From Microscillaceae bacterium (lineage in GTDB: Bacteria > Bacteroidota > Bacteroidia > Cytophagales > Microscillaceae), in the NCBI GenBank assembly GCA_012031215.1, contig JAAUUB010000001.1:1-34394 (forward strand): 34,394 nucleotides of DNA. Reading direction: 5' to 3'. Made by a program: the position numbers and the translations under genes. Shown here one piece after another: positions 22,431-30,767 of this stretch; the first letter of the stretch is position 1, and the number at the start of each line of letters is the position of its first letter. Under the pieces are notes generated by a model that was given only the letters and a program-made list of their open reading frames with translations, did not search any database and was not told the origin of the DNA.

Positions 22431-23225
22431 GTGGATAGCCTGCTTCAACAGGCCCGGCAATATGCCGAAGCTGAAGATGGGACGATGCTGGCCCAAAAAT
22501 TTTATTTAATGGCTTTTTATAAAGCACAGGCGAATGAATATCTGTTTGGCGAGGCCCAGGCCCTGCGAGGCCTCAACCAGGTCGAGATGCGCCAAAACCC
22601 TCAAAAAGAACAAATAATGGAACGCTTCAGGGGCGAGCTTGCCCTGCGCGAAGCTCTACCTCATCCCCTCGAGCTGGCTCGCACCTACGAACAAGTTGGT
22701 GATTTTTGTGAAATCCATCTTCAGGCCTTTGCCCAAGCCCTGGGTTATTTTCGGCAATCGGCCTGGCTGCGCGAAAGATTCAAGGGAGGAGGCGATACCC
22801 TGGCCCAGACCCAGGAAAAAATTGTAAGGCTCTATAAACTGAGCCAAACCCCAGGCCGGGCCATTGTTTTTCTGGAAAAGCTTTTGCGCCATTACACGCA
22901 CACACAACAAAACGAACCTTTGATATACGCCCATCTTGATTTGGCCAGTTTGTGGGCCCAGAAAAAAGATTTGACCAAGGCATATTTCCATCTGCAAGCT
23001 GCCCGCCGTCATTATGCCAAAATGCCGCCTGATTTTTTAGCTGCCCAAGCCATAGATTGGAGCAAGGTAGAGCATCTGCTTAAAAGTGCCGCCCTCAAAG
23101 AAATTAAAAGCAGCGAAAACTCACGGCTCATCTATTTACAAATCGCTCTGGGAATGTTTGCTTTGTTTATGTTGGGTTTTGGGCTTTTTGTGAAAAGAGG
23201 GAAGAGAAAAAAACCTCATCCCTGA
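22431..23225 (+). CDS. TPR-like repeat protein with a C-terminal TM anchor. May actually begin at ATG 22301 with a lipoprotein signal, which would need a frameshift at the A5 run 22423-22427.
   Basis: 264-aa ORF from GTG 22431, helical-repeat rich, with a C-terminal hydrophobic helix (IYLQIALGMFALFMLGFGLFV) and a basic tail. The +2 frame from ATG 22301 encodes MPQKPPKKYSQFKNRLRILLRCFGIGLWMAWGGCPSTNAKAK, a textbook lipoprotein signal. It joins the TPR frame in the overlap 22377-22435, for example by deleting one A. Confidence 0.5.
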   Translation: MDSLLQQARQYAEAEDGTMLAQKFYLMAFYKAQANEYLFGEAQALRGLNQVEMRQNPQKEQIMERFRGELALREALPHPLELARTYEQVGDFCEIHLQAFAQALGYFRQSAWLRERFKGGGDTLAQTQEKIVRLYKLSQTPGRAIVFLEKLLRHYTHTQQNEPLIYAHLDLASLWAQKKDLTKAYFHLQAARRHYAKMPPDFLAAQAIDWSKVEHLLKSAALKEIKSSENSRLIYLQIALGMFALFMLGFGLFVKRGKRKKPHP

Positions 23226-23247
23226 GTCTCAATCTGTCTGAAAATTC

Positions 23248-24468
23248 CTAAAAAAGTCCCTGGCGAAGCTTGGCCATCACCTGCATTTCGCGCCGAAGTC
23301 GTTCAAAAGCATAATAAAGCCTCCCGTCTTCATCTACCCCAATTTCTGCTTCCAGCTCCTGGGCCTTGCGGGCCAGGAGTTGTTCGCGCTGGTAGGTTGA
23401 GGTCAGAAAAAGGGACAGCTCATGCCCTCCGGATTGCATCATTTGGTTCCACCAGTGTGCATAAATACGCTCGGAAGCCGGTTCGTGGAGCAGTTTTTTC
23501 AAATCACTCGCCGGAAAGATCTGAGATTGTAGTCGGTGGAAAATGCCCCTAAGCAAGTAAAGTTCTACATTTCGGGTGCGAATTTTTTCGTTTTGCTGGT
23601 TCAAAAACAATTGCCGAAAAGCCGGAATCCCAAAAAACACCAATGAAAGGGAAAAGGTCAGACTGGTAGCCAGGAGGCCTATTCCGGCCAAAGGCAGGCC
23701 CAAAGCCCCGCCCACGCCCAATCCATTGAGGGCGGTAGCCAGGCCTGAGATAATTAAATTGCGTCGGTGCCATTTTTCACGTCGGCCTCTATGAGAAAAG
23801 CCGTCCGCGTGGAGTTCTCTTTCGGCCTCCGGCCGGGCCCAGATTTTAAGGCTTTCTGTAATATGCACACTTTCGGGGGTGGCCTGGGCCAGCGCAGGAA
23901 AATGATAGACAATTACGCCTTCTTCTGTAACGCTTACCTCCCCTTCATACTGAGCCAGCAGGCGTGCTGCCACGGTTTCAGCCTCTCCAATGCTGCTTCC
24001 CGTAATTTGTACGAGCTCAGCCACCACTATTCGTCCGCCACTATGCCGGAGGTATTGCAAAATCATTTTTTCCAAATGGCGAACGGGGGGGCGATTGGGC
24101 AATTCTCCAAATACATAGGCCAGGGTTTGATAAATGGGTGAAGGCAGGGACAGCGTGTCTTTTTTCTTTTTTTGGCCCCCCGCCAGCACTCTTTTCCAGA
24201 AAGAAGGGTGCTGAAAAGGATGACGAAGGTCGAAACAATACAACAGTTCAGTTGGCGGCCTGAGGAGTAGCCGGGCCGGATATTCGCCCAGCATTTGCCT
24301 CAGCGTATAACGCACCCAGTCAATGGGCAGGCCCGTGGCAATAGCAACATCGGCCTCCGTCGCCCCCTCGGGCATTTGGGCCAGTGCTTCCCGTATTGCC
24401 TTACGATATTGCTGGGACTGGTAGGAAGTATTTGTAAAAACCTTATTCATATTTTTTGGCACAAGCAA
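23248..24468 (-). CDS. Hypothetical membrane protein. It has a duplicated N-terminal winged-helix-like module, a TM hairpin and a C-terminal coiled-coil region.
   Basis: 406-aa ORF. Two similar ~60-aa segments (ATEADVAIATGLPIDWVRYTLRQML...ELLYCF and GRIVVAELVQITGSSIGEAETVAARLLAQYEGEVSVTEEGVIVYHF). Two hydrophobic helices (LIISGLATALNGLGVGGALGLPLAGIGLLATSLTFSLSLVFFGI). Charged helical C-terminus. No known catalytic motif. Confidence 0.5.
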   Translation of the reverse strand: MLVPKNMNKVFTNTSYQSQQYRKAIREALAQMPEGATEADVAIATGLPIDWVRYTLRQMLGEYPARLLLRPPTELLYCFDLRHPFQHPSFWKRVLAGGQKKKKDTLSLPSPIYQTLAYVFGELPNRPPVRHLEKMILQYLRHSGGRIVVAELVQITGSSIGEAETVAARLLAQYEGEVSVTEEGVIVYHFPALAQATPESVHITESLKIWARPEAERELHADGFSHRGRREKWHRRNLIISGLATALNGLGVGGALGLPLAGIGLLATSLTFSLSLVFFGIPAFRQLFLNQQNEKIRTRNVELYLLRGIFHRLQSQIFPASDLKKLLHEPASERIYAHWWNQMMQSGGHELSLFLTSTYQREQLLARKAQELEAEIGVDEDGRLYYAFERLRREMQVMAKLRQGLF

Positions 24469-24715
24469 GAAAAATGTTGAAAATAAGCTTTGAACAATCG
24501 AAACGAATTGCCTGCTTCCGACTAGCTTCCTAAACTAAGCGTTGCCCGGCATATTTACAAATGATTATGGCCTGAAAACCCCCGTTTTTCTCGAGTAAGC
24601 CCTGATTCAGGAGAGCCATAAGCAAAACCCGACTGCATTAGACACAGAAAAAATATGAAAATTAAAACAAACTTTTGGGACAAACACCTAATTTTAGGTC
24701 AATTATGAATTAAAC

Positions 24716-26166
24716 TTGAAATCTATGTATCGGGCAGTTATCATCGGCTCGGGCTTTTCAGGCCTGGCCTTGGGCATCAAATTAAAATCGGCTGGCATAC
24801 ACGACTTCATCATCCTGGAAAAAGAGCAGGAAGTAGGCGGAACCTGGCGCGAAAATACTTATCCGGGGGCGGAGTGTGATATACCCTCAGCATTGTATAG
24901 TTTTTCTTTTGAGCCCAACCCAAATTGGGAGTACAAATGGTCGCACCAGCCCCAAATCCTGGAATATCTCCGGTATTGTGCCCAGAAATATGGCCTTTAT
25001 CCCCATATTCGGTTTGGGCAGGAGGTCAAAGCCGCTTGTTTTCAGGAAAAAGAGGCTTGTTGGAAAATAAGTACCCAAGACAATAGCACCTTTCTTGCGC
25101 AATCGCTGGTGAGCGCCGTGGGGCAACTGCATCATCCCCGGATGCCTTCTATTGCGGGGTGGGAAAAATTTGCTGGCCCAAGCTGGCATTCGGCCCGTTG
25201 GAACCACGAAGTACCCCTGGAAGGCAAGCGGGTAGGGGTGATAGGCAATGCGGCCAGTGCGGTGCAGTTTATCCCTCAGATAGCCCCCCGGGCCGGGCAG
25301 CTTTATATTTTTCAGCGAAGTGCCAACTGGATGATTCCCAAACAGGACCGCCCTTATCATGACTGGGAGAAAAAAATGGCGGCTCGGTTTCCAATTTTGC
25401 TCAAACTCTATCGCAATCAACTGTGGCTCAAAGGAGGCGCTTTGTTCTTTTTGATGGGCCAAAATCAACGTTTAAAAAAACTGGCAGAAGCGTATGTCAA
25501 AAAATACATCCAGGAAACCGTACACGACCCAGTTTTGCAACAAAAGTTGATTCCGGACTATCCCATCGGGGCCAAGCGGATTCTTTTTTCAGATGATTAC
25601 TACCCTGCCCTTAATCGGGCCAATGTTCACCTCATCACAGAGAATATTCGCGAGATTAGGGATAAAGGGGTGTGCCTGAAAGATGGAAGCGAAATCGCCC
25701 TGGACATACTCATTTTCGGAACCGGTTTCAGACCAATCCTTTCTTAATGGGGCTGGATGTGCAAGGACTTGGAGGCAAAAGTATTCACGAAGCCTGGAAA
25801 CAGGGGGCCGAAGCTTATCTGGGCATCACCACCACAGGCTTTCCAAATTTATTTATGATGTATGGGCCCAATACCAACCTGGGGCATAACTCTATCGTGA
25901 TTATGAGTGAGTGCCAGGCCGATTACATCACCCAATGCTTGGCCACCCTCAAAAAGCACCAGTTTAGATACATGGACGTGAAGCCCGAAGTACAACAGGC
26001 ATACAATGCCGAGATGCAAAAGCGCTTGCAGCAGTCGGCTTGGGCACAAATATCGGATAGTTGGTACAAATCAGGGGATAAAGTTACCAACAACTGGCCT
26101 GGCCGTACAATGGAATACGAAGCCCGTACCCGACAAGTAAACTATGCCGCCTATCACCTTTTGTAA
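24716..26166 (+). CDS. Class B flavin-dependent monooxygenase (Baeyer-Villiger/FMO type). Frameshifted: one C is missing near 25729-25731.
   Basis: Rossmann motif VIIGSGFSGLALG. BVMO fingerprint FAGPSWHSARW (FxGxxxHxxxW). Second dinucleotide site VGVIGNAASAVQ. ORF 24716..25747 ends ...LIFGTGFRPILS*. Inserting one C gives LIFGTGFQTNPFLMGLDVQG... and continues into ORF 25672..26166. Confidence 0.7.
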
Positions 26167-26498
26167 AAAAAGAACCCTTCCCAAAAAGCCCGGGCAAGGG
26201 CAGGCTGAGTGAGACGGTAAAAAATTTTAAAATACTTACCAGGATAAATTTGCTAAAAATCTGAAAACCAAACTTTTGGGCAGATAGTTAAAAGCCCAAA
26301 TAGCACATTTGGGGTTTGATGAAAAGCATTCGTTGGGAAATCAAACGACTTTTCTGCTCATCTCAAGAATTTAATTTTGGAATGAGCAGGTCTTGTACTA
26401 TTTTTGCTAACAGGCAATACTAAATTTATCACAAGTGTAAGGATAAGGCTTGGTAATCCAAACTTGTCTCAACCTAAGGGCTAAAGGATTTCTCAATA

Positions 26499-27020
26499 AT
26501 GAGCTTAAATGGCCGAAAAGTGCTTATTTTAAACCAGGATTATCGGGCGCTGACGGTTTGTAGCGTGCAAAAGGCCTTCATCTTGGTTTATCTCAAAAAA
26601 GCCGAAATGGTGGCACAAGCCTCCGAAGGACAATTGCGCACGGTCTCTGATTTGTACCCAATGCCTTCTATTATCCGGCTTTATCGCTACGTCAGCTTGC
26701 CCTACAAAGGGGTGATGCTGAGCCGTCAAAACATCTTCAAACGCGATAGCAACCGCTGTCAGTATTGCGGTTCGGTCAAAGACCTGACCCTTGACCACGT
26801 CGTTCCCCGTTCGCGTGGCGGCCGTTCCACCTGGGATAATCTCGTTACGGCCTGTCGTACTTGCAATTCGCGCAAAGGCGACCTTACGCCCGAAGAAGCC
26901 AACATGCCCTTGTATCGCAAGCCTTTCAAACCTTCTTTCATTATGTTTTTGCGCGATTTTTCGGGCAAAATCCACGAAGACTGGGAGCCATATCTGGGCA
27001 AAAGCTTCAAATATTTTTAA
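26499..27020 (+). CDS. Stand-alone HNH endonuclease-family protein.
   Basis: 173 aa. HNH core CQYCGSVKDLTLDHVVPRSRGG...WDNLVTACRTCNSRKG, the zinc-binding CxxC...H-N-H...CxxC arrangement. Confidence 0.7.
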   Translation: MSLNGRKVLILNQDYRALTVCSVQKAFILVYLKKAEMVAQASEGQLRTVSDLYPMPSIIRLYRYVSLPYKGVMLSRQNIFKRDSNRCQYCGSVKDLTLDHVVPRSRGGRSTWDNLVTACRTCNSRKGDLTPEEANMPLYRKPFKPSFIMFLRDFSGKIHEDWEPYLGKSFKYF

Positions 27021-27185
27021 AAGTTTTTTTCTCATTACTTTTTTCTTATCTTTGCCACTCGTTTTGCGTAAGCAGGTGGCTTAGTCCTCTTTTTTGGCTT
27101 GTCAAAACAAGAATAATGGTTTCACTTTATTTAAAACCCCTTTTGGATGCTCAGGGATTGTAAGTAGCATTCCTAATTACTATTT

Positions 27186-28964
27186 ATGAATCACTCGCAA
27201 GAAGATTTTGACTGGGACAAATTAGACAACAAAGGCTTTGGCGAAAGCTATTCAGCTTCGCAAAGGGCAGAAATGGAAAAGATGTATGCCGATACACTTT
27301 CCGAAATCAATGAGCGGGAAGTTGTCAAAGGCACGGTGGTAGGCATAGCCGACCGGGATGTAATCCTTAACATCGGATTCAAGTCAGACGGCTTAGTGCC
27401 GCTTTCCGAATTTCGCGACCTGCCCGACCTGAAGCCCGGCGATGAAGTGGAGGTATTTATCGAATTTCAGGAAGATGCTAATGGGCAGCTAATTCTTTCG
27501 CGTCGCAAAGCCAAAATCCTTACAGCCTGGGAAAAAATTCAAGGAGCCCTCGACAATGACAGTATCATTGAAGGCACAGTCAAAAGACGCACCAAAGGCG
27601 GGTTAATAGTTGATATTTATGGTATTGAAGCCTTTTTGCCCGGTTCTCAGATCGATGTCAAGCCGATTCGCGATTTTGACATTTATGTGGGCAAAAAGAT
27701 GGAAGTAAAAGTGATTAAGATTAATTATTCCAACGACAATGTCGTGGTTTCGCATAAAGTTCTCATTGAGAAAGACCTCGAGCAGCAAAAAGCCCAAATT
27801 CTCAACAACCTTGAAAAAGGCCAGGTACTCGAGGGGGTCATCAAAAACATGACCAACTTCGGGGTGTTCATTGACCTGGGCGGTGTAGATGGCCTTTTGC
27901 ATATCACCGATATTTCTTGGGGGCGCATCAACCATCCCGATGAAGTGCTGTCCCTAGACCAAAAAGTAAACATTGTCGTGTTGGATTTTGACGACGAAAA
28001 ACGCCGCATTTCCCTGGGAATGAAGCAACTCACGGCGCACCCCTGGGAATCACTGCCCGAAGAAATTCAGAAAGGCACAAAAGTGCGGGGCAAAATTGTC
28101 AATGTGGCGGATTATGGCGCATTCCTAGAGGTCATTCCGGGAGTAGAAGGCCTTATCCACGTGTCAGAAATGTCTTGGTCGCAACATCTGCGCAATCCCC
28201 AAGACTTTATCAAAGTAGGGGATGAACTGGATGCGGTAGTGCTGACCATTGACCGCGACGACCGCAAAATGTCCCTGGGTATCAAGCAGCTCATTGAAGA
28301 CCCCTGGACCCGTCAGGATTTCATGGAAAAATACGCCATTGGCACACGCCACACTGGTATTGTACGAAATCTGACTAATTTCGGCCTCTTTTTAGAATTG
28401 GAAGAAGGCATAGATGGATTGGTACACGTATCTGACCTTTCCTGGACCCGTAAAATCAAACATCCCTCTGAGTTCGTCAACCTCAGTGAGCAACTTGAAG
28501 TAGTGGTTCTTGAGCTAGATGTTGAAAACAAACGTCTGGCCCTGGGGCATAAACAACTTGAATCGAACCCCTGGGATACCTTTGAAACGGTCTTCACCAT
28601 CGGCTCCATTCACCTTTGTACTATCACGGAGAAGAACGAAAAAGGAGCCGTGCTGGAACTTCCCTACGGCATTGAGGGTTTCTGTGTCATTAAGAATTTA
28701 GCCAAAGAAGATGGCGCAATCCCTGAGGTAGGAGAACAACTTTCTTTTGAGGTGATTGAGTTTAATAAAGATGACAAGAAAATCTTCCTTTCTCACCAGA
28801 AAACCTACCAAAAGATAGAAGAACCCGAAGAAACAGAGGGCAAAGAAGTCAAAGGTGCTAAAAAGAAAAAGCGACCCGAAAAAACGGAAAATACAGTCGC
28901 TACACTCGGTGACCTGGAAGCCTTGTCGCAACTCAAAGAGCAGATGAGCAAAGACCAGGGTTAA
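27186..28964 (+). CDS. rpsA: 30S ribosomal protein S1.
   Basis: 592 aa with six S1 RNA-binding repeats (repeated G.V.G.V..I..FGAFV.L..G.EGL.H.SE.SW motifs). Acidic/basic C-terminal tail. Confidence 0.9.
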   Translation: MNHSQEDFDWDKLDNKGFGESYSASQRAEMEKMYADTLSEINEREVVKGTVVGIADRDVILNIGFKSDGLVPLSEFRDLPDLKPGDEVEVFIEFQEDANGQLILSRRKAKILTAWEKIQGALDNDSIIEGTVKRRTKGGLIVDIYGIEAFLPGSQIDVKPIRDFDIYVGKKMEVKVIKINYSNDNVVVSHKVLIEKDLEQQKAQILNNLEKGQVLEGVIKNMTNFGVFIDLGGVDGLLHITDISWGRINHPDEVLSLDQKVNIVVLDFDDEKRRISLGMKQLTAHPWESLPEEIQKGTKVRGKIVNVADYGAFLEVIPGVEGLIHVSEMSWSQHLRNPQDFIKVGDELDAVVLTIDRDDRKMSLGIKQLIEDPWTRQDFMEKYAIGTRHTGIVRNLTNFGLFLELEEGIDGLVHVSDLSWTRKIKHPSEFVNLSEQLEVVVLELDVENKRLALGHKQLESNPWDTFETVFTIGSIHLCTITEKNEKGAVLELPYGIEGFCVIKNLAKEDGAIPEVGEQLSFEVIEFNKDDKKIFLSHQKTYQKIEEPEETEGKEVKGAKKKKRPEKTENTVATLGDLEALSQLKEQMSKDQG

Positions 28965-28975
28965 ATCCCACTCTA

Positions 28976-29016
28976 AACCGGATTGGGCCTTTCCCTTCTC
29001 CCAATCCGGTTCTTTT
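28976..29016 (+). terminator. Intrinsic terminator after rpsA.
   Basis: 12-bp stem aaccggattggg / cccaatccggtt with a 12-nt loop, followed by cttttaaa. Ends 3 nt before the tRNA. Confidence 0.5.
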
Positions 29017-29019
29017 AAA

Positions 29020-29090
29020 GGTAGCGTGGCCGAGTGGCTAGGCAGAGCTCTGCAAAAGCTCGTACAGCGGTTCGAATCCGCTCGCTACCT
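29020..29090 (+). tRNA. tRNA-Cys (anticodon GCA), 71 nt, CCA not encoded.
   Basis: Hand-folded cloverleaf. Acceptor ggtagcg/cgctacc. Anticodon stem gagct/agctc with loop cTGCAaa (U33, GCA, A37). 4-nt variable loop. T arm agcgg-TTCGAAT-ccgct. Discriminator U. Confidence 0.75.
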
Positions 29091-29104
29091 CCCTTTCTTT
29101 ACTT

Positions 29105-29133
29105 AATCCAACCCAAAGTTGGATTATTTTTTA
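29105..29133 (+). terminator. Intrinsic terminator after tRNA-Cys.
   Basis: aatccaac-ccaaa-gttggatt (8-bp stem) followed by atttttta. Confidence 0.5.
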
Positions 29134-29414
29134 TCCCCCCTCTTGGTTTATTTAGAAAAATTCCAAATAAGGCCAAAAGCTAAAAAGATGATGCCAACTG
29201 TTTGGAAAACAAAATGTTGTACTACAATTTTGATTTAATAAATCAATCGCAAACCAAACCCTTGCCTGTCTTTTGGAAAAAATTTTGCTGAGTAACAATT
29301 GTGTTGTAGTATTGCTTCCAAATTTGGTGAGAAATTTTCAAAACATTGAATTAGACAAGCGGTTTAGTCCGCAAACAGGAATAAAATTAAAAATCTAAGC
29401 CTAATATAATTACA

Positions 29415-30722
29415 ATGATGCTCGCGCAATGCCGTAACTACTGTCAAAAACTAGCCATTTTCACTCTGGCGCTGCTCTTTGCTTTTCGCTTACAGGCGCA
29501 AGATACGCCCACCGATTCTGGGGCAACGGCAGCTCCCGACGGTGGAGCGGCTGCCGCTTCGGCCAAACCTGATGAAGCCATCTACAATAAGGGGAAGGCT
29601 TTATGGGAAGGAAACTGTACTACTTGCCACGCACTCTCCGACGAAGTGGTCGTAGGACCGGGAATGTACGGCATTTTGGGCCGCCGGGATAAAGCCTGGC
29701 TCAAGCCCTGGATAAAAAATTCCCAAGCCGTGATTGCTAGTGGTGATGCTTATGCCGTTGCCCTCTACAATAAATACAATCAGACGGTGATGACCAGTTT
29801 CGCCTTTAACGACGAAGAACTGGACGCGCTCATTGACTACATCGCTTATGAGAGCGAAGTGGCTATGAAGCAGAAAGACGCACCAGTTGCCGATGCAGGA
29901 GGGGCTACGCCGGGTCAGGTCGCAAATACAGGGGCTTCTTCAGGTTATTTCAATTTACTTTTGGGTATTCTGTTTTTTGTATTGGTGCTGATTTTGGCCG
30001 TTCTGCTTCTGATGATTTCCATTCTAAGCCGTTTCCTAAACAGCAAGGAAGATTTGGCTGAAGAAGATAAAGAAGTTGTCAACCAACGCATTAATTTGGG
30101 CAGTCTCTTCACCAGCCGCCCGGTCTTGGGAGGGGTTGCTTTGATATTCTTGCTCGTTATTTTGAAAGGAGGCTGGGACAGCTTAGTAGATGTTGGGGTG
30201 CAACAAGGATATGCGCCCACACAACCTATCGCTTTTTCTCACAAATTGCATGCGGGCGAATACCAGATTGATTGTGGATACTGCCACACCGGGGTTTACA
30301 AAGGCAAATCGGCAGTAATTCCCTCGGCCAATATTTGTATGAATTGCCACAATCAGGTGAAAATCGGTTCGCCCGAGATTCAAAAAATTTACAAAGCTAT
30401 TGAAAATAACCGTCCTATTGAATGGGTGAGAGTACATAATTTGCCGGATTTGGCATATTTTAACCACGCCCAGCATACGAATGTGGCCGGACTTGCCTGC
30501 GAAAACTGCCACGGCAAGATTGAAGAAATGGAAGTTGTGCAACAACGGGCACCACTCACAATGGGCTGGTGCATCAATTGCCACCGTCAGACAGTAGTGG
30601 AGCATGCCAAAGACAATGCTTATTATGACCGTTTGTTGGAATATCACGGAAAAATGCGCGGTAACGAACCTATGACAGTTGAGCAAATCGGCGGTCTGGA
30701 GTGTTCAAAATGCCACTATTAA
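29415..30722 (+). CDS. actA: Alternative complex III subunit ActA (pentaheme cytochrome c) carrying an additional N-terminal class-I monoheme cytochrome c domain.
   Basis: 435 aa with six CxxCH motifs. One (CTTCH) lies in an N-terminal domain resembling soluble cytochrome c (GPGMYGILGRR...EELDALIDYIAY). The other five (CGYCH, CMNCH, CENCH, CINCH, CSKCH) lie in the C-terminal ActA/NrfB-like domain. Signal peptide. Two hydrophobic helices (LLLGILFFVLVLILAVLLLMISIL and VLGGVALIFLLVILKGG) form a hairpin between the domains. Confidence 0.8.
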   Translation: MMLAQCRNYCQKLAIFTLALLFAFRLQAQDTPTDSGATAAPDGGAAAASAKPDEAIYNKGKALWEGNCTTCHALSDEVVVGPGMYGILGRRDKAWLKPWIKNSQAVIASGDAYAVALYNKYNQTVMTSFAFNDEELDALIDYIAYESEVAMKQKDAPVADAGGATPGQVANTGASSGYFNLLLGILFFVLVLILAVLLLMISILSRFLNSKEDLAEEDKEVVNQRINLGSLFTSRPVLGGVALIFLLVILKGGWDSLVDVGVQQGYAPTQPIAFSHKLHAGEYQIDCGYCHTGVYKGKSAVIPSANICMNCHNQVKIGSPEIQKIYKAIENNRPIEWVRVHNLPDLAYFNHAQHTNVAGLACENCHGKIEEMEVVQQRAPLTMGWCINCHRQTVVEHAKDNAYYDRLLEYHGKMRGNEPMTVEQIGGLECSKCHY

Positions 30723-30767
30723 TCATATTTTTTTACTAACTAAGCAATTATCTGAAACCTTACCGTC

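Noticed and set aside
24569-24585. gaaaac-ccccc-gtttttc hairpin in the divergent intergenic region between the unknown membrane-protein gene and the monooxygenase gene.
   Set aside because: Imperfect stem. No gene ends there on either strand, so it is not a plausible terminator. Too weak to call a regulatory element.
26499-27020. HNH endonuclease as evidence of a mobile element, group I/II intron or restriction-modification system.
   Set aside because: No reverse transcriptase/maturase, intron structure, methyltransferase, target-site duplication or compositional shift in the flanks. Treated as a stand-alone chromosomal gene.
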